Positions 1-11,459 of a stretch of DNA of 64,000 bases are shown in pieces. The number at the start of each line of letters is the position of its first letter. The stretch's first letter is position 1. The DNA comes from an uncultured Actinomycetes bacterium (GTDB lineage: Bacteria; Actinomycetota; Thermoleophilia; UBA2241), in assembly GCA_963709345.1 (NCBI GenBank), contig CAVPVX010000010.1:173788-237787 (forward strand). The letters are read 5' to 3'. The translations under genes and the position numbers were made by a program. The notes beneath the pieces were generated by a model. It made no database searches and was not told where the DNA came from. It was given only the letters and a program-made list of their open reading frames with translations.

Positions 1-86
1 CGCTCGAGCAGGCGAACGAGGCGCTCCTCGACCTCAAGGAGGACAGGGTGCGGGGGTCCGCGGTGCTCAGGGTCGCTGAGGGCTGA
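1..86 (+). CDS. C-terminal end of a zinc-dependent alcohol dehydrogenase (partial, runs off window)
   Basis: Frame starting at 3 reads LEQANEALLDLKEDRVRGSAVLRVAEG*, the typical MDR-family C-terminus. Confidence 0.6.
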   Translation, partial: LEQANEALLDLKEDRVRGSAVLRVAEG

Positions 87-103
87 GCGAGCCTGGGAGC
101 ATC

Positions 104-400
104 ATGAAGCGAGGTGGAGTGGGCGTTGAAGCGCGCCCCGAGGAGGTGTGGCAGCAGACCGCCGTGCTCTCAGGAGTCTCCAAGGAGTTCACCGACAGCT
201 ACTACGCCGGGAAGAGGAAGGCGGTCGCCAATCGTCTGGGCGAGGTCATCGAGTACGAGGCTCCGAAGCGGCCTGCCGACATCGGGCTCACCCGCGCGCA
301 GCAGTCGTTCGTCTACCTGCCATTGGCTGGCCCCATTCGCCGGTCCACTTCCTATGTCAGTGCCGGAGTCACCTCCGGGGTAGAGGTCGGAGGAGCGTAG
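104..400 (+). pseudogene. Fragment of an ASCH/PUA-like domain protein (COG4933-like)
   Basis: PEEVWQQT..SGVSKEFTDSYYAGKRKAVA..LGEV..YE.P...DIGL..QQSFVYL matches the C-terminal half of this family; the N-terminal half is absent. Confidence 0.5.
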
Positions 401-465
401 TCGGAGAGCGAGAAGCCTGGGAAAACGCTCGTCTCAGGCGCCGGCGGCCTGTTGCCGAGCGCGCC

Positions 466-741
466 GTGCAGGCGGCGGTGGCGAGGCTGCCGCAGCGTCA
501 CTCCGACCTCCTCAGGATCTTCAAGTCGGTGGAGCACACGCATGACGAAGAGGCCTGCGAGCGGCTGCCGGCAGACCAGTCGGTGCGCGACGAGTTCTAC
601 GAGCGGCTGTCCGCGTGTGCGCGCTCGCCGGGCATCTCGCTCTCCGCCGAGGCGCTCTTCCGCGACACGAGCGACAAGAAGGTCCGCCGCTACAAGGCGG
701 ACCTGCGGTGCTTCGAGAATCTGCGCCGGTCCGTGCGCCGC
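466..741 (+). pseudogene. Internal fragment of type I restriction endonuclease subunit R (HsdR), C-terminal region
   Basis: LPQRHSDLLRIFKSV..DEEACERL.ADQSVRDEFYERLS....YKADLRCFENLRRSV resembles the HsdR C-terminal region; no start codon and no helicase motifs. Confidence 0.55.
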
Positions 742-852
742 GGGGCGCCGGACTGCCCGGCATCGCGTGCCGCAGCGCCGCGCCGGCCGCCCCGGAGGGC
801 GGCGAGGAGTTGGCGTGGTTCCCTCGCGAAAGACGGCTCGCCGCACGCGGCG

Positions 853-2103
853 TCAAGGCCTTCGCCGACTGGTTCTGGCCCCGCCCCGTGTGAGAAGGGG
901 TAGCGCCGCGCTCACCTGCGGCCACGGAGGCAGGCGCCTCGACCATTCTGGCGTCAGCAGAGCGGCGAGGGGCGTGGCCAGCGGCGCGAGCATCCCGAGT
1001 ACCACCGGGAGCCATACTCCGGCGGCGAGCCCCAATGCAAGTGGCGGCAGCCAGTACCAGGCGTGGACGACCGGCAGGCAGAGGACGAGAAGGGTGAGCG
1101 ACCACGCGAAGGCGGTCGCCGTGCGCTCGCGTCCGCGCAGCAGAAGCGCGAAGGCGACCGCTCCGCCCACGGTGACGGCGCCGCACAGCAGCAGAGCGAC
1201 ATCACGCGAGGCGACGTGGGTCAAGAGCGAGTAGATCAGGGCTCCTCCCGTCCACGTGGAGCCGCTCTCGAAGAGCGAGCCGAAGGCGCCGCCGGTCAGC
1301 AGGTACGGCACATAGGGGATGGCGAGGGTGGGCACGAAGCCGGCCAGAAAGCGCAGCGGCTTTGCCCGCCCGCCCAGCAGCGCCGGCACCAGAAGCACCG
1401 CCGGCGTGATCCTGAAGGCGACGGCCAGGCCCAGTACGGCGCCGGCGGCCAGGTCGCGGCGGCGCACGAGCAGCGCCGCCGCAGCGACCACGAGGAAGAC
1501 GGTGACCGCCTCAAGGTGGGCCTGCCCCCAGGTCTGAAGGATGACGACCGGGCAGAGCAGGTAGAGCACGGTCGCCGCGTGCCGGCGTCGGGCGCCCGCC
1601 AGCCACCAGATGGCCGCAGCCGTGGCGAGGTCGAAGAGGCCGAAGAGGAGCTTGAGGCCCATAAGGCCGCCATCAAGAGCGGCCACTCCGAGAAAGGTCG
1701 CCTCGGCGAGAGGCGGGTACGGTGTGCGCACGCCCGGATGGTTGATCAGGTCGCGCCCGTCGTGCTCGACACCGTCGAGTGCGGGTGCTCGTGGAGTGTG
1801 CAGATACGGATTGACCCCCGAGAGTTGCACTTTGCCGTCCCAGAGGTAGCGGACGTAGTCGTCGGAGATGCTGGGAGTGACCGGAAGGAAGATGACGCGA
1901 AGGATGACGGCGGCGATGATGACGCCGCGCAGCGGCAGTCTCGTTGCCGCCGAAGCAACGAGGGCGAAGCCCAGGCCGCTGAAGCCGTAGAATACGGTGA
2001 ACCGGGTGGAGTGCTCGACGAGGTCGCCGGATGCGGCGAGCGCCACGAGCCCCGCCGCGACCGACGCCAGACCGAGGTAGGCGCGCCAGCGTGGATCATT
2101 CAT
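853..2103 (-). CDS. Polytopic membrane glycosyltransferase (GT-C fold, GT87/DUF2029-like)
   Basis: SDDYVRYLWDG..Q..GVNPY, YPPLA, HLE motifs and about 10 TM segments; ATG 2103 lies 7 nt after TACGAT (alternative start 2112). Confidence 0.8.
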   Translation of the reverse strand: MNDPRWRAYLGLASVAAGLVALAASGDLVEHSTRFTVFYGFSGLGFALVASAATRLPLRGVIIAAVILRVIFLPVTPSISDDYVRYLWDGKVQLSGVNPYLHTPRAPALDGVEHDGRDLINHPGVRTPYPPLAEATFLGVAALDGGLMGLKLLFGLFDLATAAAIWWLAGARRRHAATVLYLLCPVVILQTWGQAHLEAVTVFLVVAAAALLVRRRDLAAGAVLGLAVAFRITPAVLLVPALLGGRAKPLRFLAGFVPTLAIPYVPYLLTGGAFGSLFESGSTWTGGALIYSLLTHVASRDVALLLCGAVTVGGAVAFALLLRGRERTATAFAWSLTLLVLCLPVVHAWYWLPPLALGLAAGVWLPVVLGMLAPLATPLAALLTPEWSRRLPPWPQVSAALPLLTRGGARTSRRRP

Positions 2104-2819
2104 CGTCGCCATCGTACTTCATCGTCGTGCCGGTGCTCGACGAAGCCGAGGCGCTACCGGGTCTTCTCGCGGACCTGCAGCGGCTCGGACTGCTCGAGCA
2201 GACGCTCTTCGTGGACAACGGCTCTCACGATGGGAGCCCCGACCTCGTCGTCGCGGCCGGCGGAACCGTGCTGCACGAGACCCGCCGCGGGTACGCCTAC
2301 CCCTGCTTCACCGGCGCGCGCGAAGCCGCGGCGCGGGGCGCCTCGGCGGTCGTCTTCATGGAGGGGGACGGTACCGACGACCCGGCCCAGGTGCGCCACC
2401 TCGTGGGGCCGGTGCTCGCCGACGTCGCCGATCTCGTCGTGGGGTCGCGGCGCGTCGCCGTGCAGGGCGGCGACGCCGGCTCCATGCCGTGGCATCAGCG
2501 GGTCGGCAACGAGTACCTGGCTCTCGCGCTTCGCATCCTGTTCGACCTGCGGCTCAGCGACGACGGCCCGTTTCGCGCCGTTCGCCTCGACCTGCTCGAC
2601 CGGTTGCGGCTCGAGGAGCGCCCGTGGGCCTTCACCACCGAGATGGCCGTGAAGGCCCGCCTCGTGGGCGCCCGGATCGCCGTCCGCGACACCAGGTACC
2701 GGGTGCGTGGCGGCCGCTCCAAGATCGCCGGCACGCTGGGCGGCACTCTGGGAGCCGTGCGCGACATCCTGTGGAGCATCCTGCGGCTGCGGCTCTTCGG
2801 CTTTCGGCCGCAGGGCTGA
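2091..2819 (+). CDS. Family 2 glycosyltransferase (DPM1-like polyprenol-phosphate glycosyltransferase)
   Basis: IVVPVLDE, VDNGSHD, EGDGTDDP, DLVVGSR, GPFRA, YRVR.GRSKIAGT motifs; GTG start assumed. Confidence 0.85.
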   Translation: MDHSSSPSYFIVVPVLDEAEALPGLLADLQRLGLLEQTLFVDNGSHDGSPDLVVAAGGTVLHETRRGYAYPCFTGAREAAARGASAVVFMEGDGTDDPAQVRHLVGPVLADVADLVVGSRRVAVQGGDAGSMPWHQRVGNEYLALALRILFDLRLSDDGPFRAVRLDLLDRLRLEERPWAFTTEMAVKARLVGARIAVRDTRYRVRGGRSKIAGTLGGTLGAVRDILWSILRLRLFGFRPQG

Positions 2820-2848
2820 GGCCGGACGCCTCGCGCACGTCCGTCAGT

Positions 2849-2887
2849 GACTCCTGTGCCCGGGAGACTCCCGAGCGGTCAGTAGCC
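2849..2887 (-). promoter_or_regulatory. Candidate bacterial SECIS element (selenocysteine insertion)
   Basis: Minus-strand RNA directly after UGA(2890-2888): lower stem GGCUACUG/CAGGAGUC (7 of 8 pairs), internal loop, upper stem GCUCGGGA/UCCCGGGC, apical loop GUC 19 nt from the UGA. Confidence 0.6.
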
Positions 2888-4801
2888 TCATATGCAGTCG
2901 AAGAGCGCGAGGTTCCTTTCGCCGGCGACCGCCTGACCGGTATCGCACGAGGCGCCGGCTTCGCCGGAGCAGGAGAAGACGGTGGCGGGCGGTGCTGCCG
3001 GATCGGCCGCGGCGGCCGCTTCGTCGATGAGCTGCTGCATGACCGGGCGCACCAGGTCGCAGTAGGGGAAGGGGGCCGTCAAGCCGCCCGGCTCTTCGGC
3101 AGCTCGGGCGGCATAGTGCGCCTGCATCCAGCACTCGCCGCCGCAGGCGTCCACGACGGGGCAGCTGCGGCACTCGTTGCGGTCGCGCGCATGCATGTTG
3201 CGCAGCAGCCTCAGGGCTGGGGAGGAGCGCCAGATGTCCTCAAGGGAGGTACTGCGCAGATCGCCGGCCACGAAGGCCGGATCCCCGCAGGTGATCGGGC
3301 AAGCGTGCACGCGGCCGAAGGGGTCGATGGCGAGATCCTTGCAGCCTGAGGCGCAGAAGTCCAGAGGTGCCTTGAGGCGTCGCCGCCAAGCCGGGATGTT
3401 GTCCACGAACAAGTCAACCTCGCCCGCCGCCGTCTCCAGAGCGCGCACGCCCTGCAGCATCTCCTCGCTGCTCGGGATGAGTTCGGGGGCGTCGGGCAGG
3501 CCGCCGCGGTCGTGCGGGAAGATGAGGTGCAGGCGCGTGACTCCGGCGGCCCGCACGAGCCGCGCCATCTCGGGCAGACCCGGCAGCACCGGCCGCAGCA
3601 CGACCGTGTTCACCACCGGCGCCAGACCGGCTTCCAGCAGGTGGGCGATCGTCTCCATGACGCCGTCCCAGTTGCCGGCTCCGCGCAGCGCATCGTTGGT
3701 GGCCGGCGGACCGTCGAGGCTGAGGAGCGGCCGGAAGCGGCCGTGCCCTGCGCGCGCCAGTTCAAACGCCTTGTCGCGATCGATCCTGCGGTTGAAGAAG
3801 AGCCTGGTCTTCGCCTGTCGCGTGCCCGACGCGTAGTCGATCAGCTCGATGAGATCGCGGCGCAACAGCGGGTCGCCGCCGATGAAGACGAAGCTCTCGC
3901 CGCCCAGATCCAGGCACTGGTCGATCGCATCCTTCCAGGCCTCCGTGGAGAGCTCGTCCGGGTCGCGCGGGCTCGTCTTGTTGTAGCAGTGCGGACAATC
4001 GAGGCCGCAGCGATTGGTCACGTGCAGGTAAGTCTCCCTGATGTGCTCAAGCGGTTCCCCGCGCGGCGGCTCACCGCCCCCCGCGCCGATGAGGCGCTCC
4101 ATGAGCGGCAGGTCGGCGACCGTGTCGACGTCCACCCACAGGGGCAGCTGGTCCACGTGCAGGCCGAGCACGGCCGCCTCACGCAGCGTGAACGGCAACG
4201 CTCGAGGCGTCCCCATCGGCGTACCGGACAGGAGCCCGTTCAGTTCGTTTCCGCGGGTCTCCCACGTGGAGCGGGAGAGGCCGATGAGGTAGTAGCCGCC
4301 GTCGGTGGCCGGGCCGAGCACCAGATGTCCCTGTGCCTCTCGGCCCTCGTCGTCTGCTGCTTCCAGGAGCTCGAAGCTCCTCGCCACGTACTCCTCCGGC
4401 ATGCCGGGGCTGTCGCTGCTCACGATCGTGACCCAGTGGTAGCCGGCGTGGAAGAGCTGCGCGAAGACGCTTGCGAGACGCTCACCCAGGTCGTCGCCCG
4501 TCTGACGGATGAGGGTCCACGCCGAAGGAGTCAGGCGACTCTCGGTGCTAAGTCCAAGGCTCCCCAGGTCGGGTTCACCGTCCGGGTCGCCGTCGGCGAG
4601 AGCGACGAAGAGCGTCGTGTCCGGCGCGGATTGAGCACGCACCATCGTGTCTCCGAGAAGCGTGATGTACACGTCCAGGGCGCCCTCCGCCCCGATGCCT
4701 TCGGCCAGGCGGGTCTTGACCTGGCCCGCCACAGCCCGGCGGGCCATGATCACCAGAGCGCGGCCGCGATCCGCCACGGCGTCTCGCCTTGCTCCCGCCA
4801 T
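2879..4801 (-). CDS. DUF2064/TIGR04282 (CofC-like transferase)-radical SAM/SPASM fusion, probable C-terminal selenocysteine (ends at 2888 if UGA is a stop)
   Basis: N-term GQVKTRLA, Q.GDDLGERL, SDSP, LGPATDGGYYLIG, DVDT; then CGLDCPHC (CxxxCxxC), GGDP, SLDG, SPASM C..G...C and CRSC.....CGGEC; ATG overlaps the doxX stop (TGATG). Confidence 0.85.
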
Positions 4802-5289
4802 CAGTACACCGGCAGCCGTGGGCTCGGCTTCCGGCGCGCCAGGACGGCATCCACGCCCAAAGTACGCCCCGACTGCGCGAGACCGATCGCGACCAGCAGC
4901 AAGAACATGATGATGTAGATGCCGGGCCACTCGTTGGTCCCTGAGGTGGCGATCAGCAGATTGAGCTGAAAACCGGCGGCCAGCAGCGCCGACACCGGCG
5001 TGAAGACGCCCAGCACCAGGAAGAGGCCGAAGACCACGAGCTCGATCGCGAACTGGCCGTAGGCGAACACCCAGGCGTTGGGGATCATCACGTCGTTCAG
5101 CATGTCGGCGAACAGGCCGACCTTGGTCGTGTCGGCGTAGTGCTGCACGAAATCGGCCCAGCCGCCGGGCGAATAGAAGCCCTTCGCAAGGTTGTCGGTC
5201 CACACGGCGATGAAGATGGCGCCCATCATGATCCGAAGGCACGCCATCAGAAGCTCGCTGCGGTGTTCCCGGGTCGTCCAGAGGCTCAT
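4801..5289 (-). CDS. DoxX/TQO small-subunit family membrane protein
   Basis: LRI..G.IF, E...GL.L.LG.FT, GRTLGVD motifs; 4 TM segments; RBS GGGGAG. Confidence 0.8.
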   Translation of the reverse strand: MSLWTTREHRSELLMACLRIMMGAIFIAVWTDNLAKGFYSPGGWADFVQHYADTTKVGLFADMLNDVMIPNAWVFAYGQFAIELVVFGLFLVLGVFTPVSALLAAGFQLNLLIATSGTNEWPGIYIIMFLLLVAIGLAQSGRTLGVDAVLARRKPSPRLPVY

Positions 5290-5341
5290 GGTTGCTCCCC
5301 GCGTTGCTTTCAGAGGGAGCGTACCCGGGGGAGGTGCTTCG

Positions 5342-5614
5342 TCACCCTCCGGCGACCGGAGGAATGATGTCGATCCGGTCGCCGTCGGACAGCGCTGTCG
5401 CTTTGACGCCGGCCGACGGCAGGTGCCGCCCGTTGAGCACGACCGAGACGAGCAGACGGTCGCCGTAGAAGATGCGCTGCTCGTACTGCGGCGCTCGCGC
5501 CGCGACCGCGAGCAGCGCCTCTCCCACCGTCGCCGCCTTGCAGGGCACGTCGTGGGCGGGCTGCGGCGAGGTCAGGACCGCGGGGAGGTGGACAATGACG
5601 GCCGGCATGCTCAC
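5342..5614 (-). CDS. MoaD/ThiS ubiquitin-like sulfur carrier protein
   Basis: About 90 aa beta-grasp pattern with TVGEAL, LNG, LSDGD.I.IIPPVAGG and a C-terminal Gly-Gly. Confidence 0.9.
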   Translation of the reverse strand: MSMPAVIVHLPAVLTSPQPAHDVPCKAATVGEALLAVAARAPQYEQRIFYGDRLLVSVVLNGRHLPSAGVKATALSDGDRIDIIPPVAGG

Positions 5615-5630
5615 TGCGGGGATCCGGTGG

Positions 5631-6560
<930 letters not shown>

Positions 6561-6598
6561 CGGGTCACCGCTGGGGGTAGGTTGCTGTTGGTCTTCGA

Positions 6599-7479
6599 TT
6601 ATACGTCGCCTCCCGGCGCCTCACGTGCAGGCCGAGGCTCGAGGGCACGGTTCACCTCGACGCCGACGAGCACGGCCAGGTTGAGCACCCAGGCCCAGAC
6701 GAGAAAGGCGACGCCGGCGCCGAGCGTGCCGTAGACGCGGTTGTACGACGCGAAGTGACTCAGGTAGACGCTGAAACCGGCCGACGCTGCGACCCAGAGA
6801 CTCACTCCGACGGCGGCGCCGGGAAGGAGCCGCCAGAAGGCGGGCTGCCGTCGCCCGGGTGCGTACCGGTACAGCAGACCGAACATGAGCAGGCCGACAC
6901 CGAACAGCAGCGGCCACTTGACCCACGACCACAGATCCAGGCCGTAGGTGCCTATCCCGGTGAGGTCCGCCGCCCAGCGGCCGAACGGACCGACGAGAGC
7001 GACCATCGCCGCGGCAAGGGTCAGGAGGCCGAGCAGCAGAAGCGCCAGGGCCAGGCGTACGGGGAGGATGCGCCAGTACGGGCGCCGCTCGGTCGTCTGG
7101 TAGATGGTGTCGGACGCCCACATGAAGGCGCCGACGTACGCCGAGGCGGCCCACAGCGACGTGGCCGCACCGACGACGAGGGCCAGGCCGGAGCTCTGAG
7201 AGCCCAGCACGCTGCCAAGCGCATCCGAGATGAAGTCCGTGGCCCAGCGCGCGCCGAGGTCGCCGACGGAATCGAGCAGGCCCTGCAGCGCATCCGTGGA
7301 CAGGCCGACGACGCCGAGGAGGGCCGTCACGACGAGGAGCGCCGGCAGCAGCGAGAGCACGGTGAAGTAGGTCAGCGCCGCGGCGAGCTTGGGCAGCTCG
7401 TGGGCGAGGATGGTGTTCAGGAGCGCGACGGCCTCGCGCCACAGTCGCGCCAGCCCGGGCGTAGACGTTCGGGTGCCAC
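6599..7479 (-). CDS. YihY/BrkB family inner membrane protein (probable 1-nt indel near 7460)
   Basis: AAALTYFTVLSLLP, LYRYAP, PGA, YNRVYGTLG...LVW..GVEVN; the GGAGG-GTG start at 7479 is out of frame with the gene body. Confidence 0.8.
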
Positions 7480-7549
7480 GGTACCTCCATTGTCGAAAGA
7501 CTGAGCCTAGACTATCTCGCCGCGGCCGCGGCCGCGGCAGCCGACGCAG

Positions 7550-9520
<1,971 letters not shown>

Positions 9521-9737
9521 GCGGCACGGATTCCCGCCGGCCACGACCAGCCGCGCTCGTCCCTCGTCATTCTGCATACGCTTCATACAATGCTCATACC
9601 CGGGTGCGTGCGGTCGCGCAACGCCGCCCGGTGTTCCGCTCCTGCCGCAGGGAGTCGTATACTTACTGTTCACGGTGTGCTTTCGGGGATTCTCCATCGC
9701 CGCCGGGCCGAACGCGGCACGGGAGGAGGGGTCGGCC

Positions 9738-10739
9738 ATCAGCACCAAAGTGGTGTCGGGAGTTCTGCTTGCGACGCTGGTGTCGGTCGCGGTCCTTCTG
9801 GTAGCGCCCGGCTCCGCAACGGCGCCCACGGCGGTCGCGGCTTCCTACCCGCCCTACCCGTCACGGCTGATCGTGAAGTCGGAGCTGCGGTACAAGGCCG
9901 ATCTCATGCAGCGTGGTCTGTCCAGTTCGCCGCAGCTCATCTTCTTCGGCGGCTCCCGCAGCCAGCGCTTCGACCCGGCGTTCGCGCGCAAGCGCACGGG
10001 GCTGCGCTCCGCCAACCTCGCGCACAGCAATGCGCGCCCCGAGGCTGCCTGGGCATACGTCAACTGGATCTACAAGCGCTGGCCGAACGCCAAGCTGCGC
10101 TGGGTGTGGGGCGTGCAGCCCACCATGATCCGTGACCGCGACATGGACCCGGCACTGCTGCAGGACCGCCGCTTCTACCGGTGCTTCCCCGCGGACCTGC
10201 TGGCCGCGCAGCGCCGTCTGCTCCCCGGCAGCGTCTCGGCGATGCCGCGCTTCTACGGCTTCCAGCGCAACCGCTATTCCGACCTCGGTCTGCTCAAGTG
10301 GAACGTCTACGACGCGCGCCGCGCCGCCGGGTACACGCTCGACCGCTCGCTCGACGCCTACATCGCGAAGATGCTGCGCCCCTCGCACCAGGAGCCGCGG
10401 CAACAGACGGGGCGCGCACGCGACTACTTCGAGAAGACGATCAAGCTGCTGAACGAGCACGGGACCACGCCCGTGCTCGTGCTGATGCCGACGCACCCGC
10501 GCGTCCTCCGAGTGATCAAGGAGCACGGCCTGGGCGGCTCGCGCGAGGCGCTGCGCGACTACCTCTTGAGCCTCGCCGAGGACACCGAGAACTACGACGT
10601 GCAGGTACTCGACTTCACGCGCATCCAGTCGTTCAACGGCGAGTCGCGGTGGTTCTACGACGGTGTTCACATCACGCGGCTCAACGCCAATCGCGTCATC
10701 ACGGCGATCAGGTACAAGGCGCGCGACTGCCTCAAGTAG
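9738..10739 (+). CDS. Secreted SGNH-hydrolase-like hypothetical protein
   Basis: Signal peptide, FFGGSRS (block I-like), FYDGVH (DxxH); strong RBS GGAGGAGG; start ATC 9738 or GTG 9750. Confidence 0.6.
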   Translation: MSTKVVSGVLLATLVSVAVLLVAPGSATAPTAVAASYPPYPSRLIVKSELRYKADLMQRGLSSSPQLIFFGGSRSQRFDPAFARKRTGLRSANLAHSNARPEAAWAYVNWIYKRWPNAKLRWVWGVQPTMIRDRDMDPALLQDRRFYRCFPADLLAAQRRLLPGSVSAMPRFYGFQRNRYSDLGLLKWNVYDARRAAGYTLDRSLDAYIAKMLRPSHQEPRQQTGRARDYFEKTIKLLNEHGTTPVLVLMPTHPRVLRVIKEHGLGGSREALRDYLLSLAEDTENYDVQVLDFTRIQSFNGESRWFYDGVHITRLNANRVITAIRYKARDCLK

Positions 10740-10784
10740 CGGCTTTCCCCGCCACCGGCGTCGCCGTTCCGGCCGCCGCCGGCT

Positions 10785-11459
10785 CTACTCTGCGCCGCCG
10801 GCGGCCGGCCCCTTCGCCGAGGTTCCCTCACCACGCACCGCGGCCAGGCGCTCCTTGAATCCCGTCTCCTCGAAGATCGTCTGCACTTCCCTCACGACGT
10901 CGTCCGGAGGGTACAGGTCGCCGAGGCCGAGTTCCGTACGGATCTCGAGGAGATGCTCCATGTAGCAGGTCCACTTCTCGCCCCACGCTTCCTTCACGGC
11001 GGGGAACATGAGGTGTGGATCGCCGCCCATGCCCTTGTCGTAGAAGTTGCCGCACCACTCCGCGAACATCTCGACGTGCGGGCGGCCGCGGCCGCTCTCG
11101 ACCTGCATGCCGCGGACGACCTGGTTGATGACCGCCACGCTGTTGTGGCGCGGGCAGCGGCTCTGGCAGGTGTAGCAGTAGTAGCAGTACCAGATGTCGT
11201 CGTCCTCCAGCAGGCTCACGTCGCCTTCGAGCGCGCGGCGCGCCGTCTCGCGCGGCGAGTAGTCGGTGAAGCGCGCCGCAGGACAGCCCGACGTGCAGAT
11301 GCCGCACTGGATGCAGCTCTGAAAGCCCTCCTTGTGATCGTGCATGCGCGGGTCCTCGAGGATGCGCCGCCCCAGCTCCGGATCGCGTCGCGGCGCTGCC
11401 GCGAACCTGTCGTCGGCGATACCGGCGTTCGCCCGGTCGTCTCGCGTGTCGTCAGTCAT
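10785..11459 (-). CDS. hdrC: Heterodisulfide reductase subunit C
   Basis: CIQCGICTSGCP and CYYCYTCQSRCP 2x[4Fe-4S] motifs; last gene of the hdr operon. Confidence 0.88.
   Translation of the reverse strand: MTDDTRDDRANAGIADDRFAAAPRRDPELGRRILEDPRMHDHKEGFQSCIQCGICTSGCPAARFTDYSPRETARRALEGDVSLLEDDDIWYCYYCYTCQSRCPRHNSVAVINQVVRGMQVESGRGRPHVEMFAEWCGNFYDKGMGGDPHLMFPAVKEAWGEKWTCYMEHLLEIRTELGLGDLYPPDDVVREVQTIFEETGFKERLAAVRGEGTSAKGPAAGGAE

Noticed and set aside
2888-5242. 784-aa ORF start at 5242 in the ORF track
   Set aside because: The first 147 codons overlap doxX in another frame; homology starts at ATG 4801
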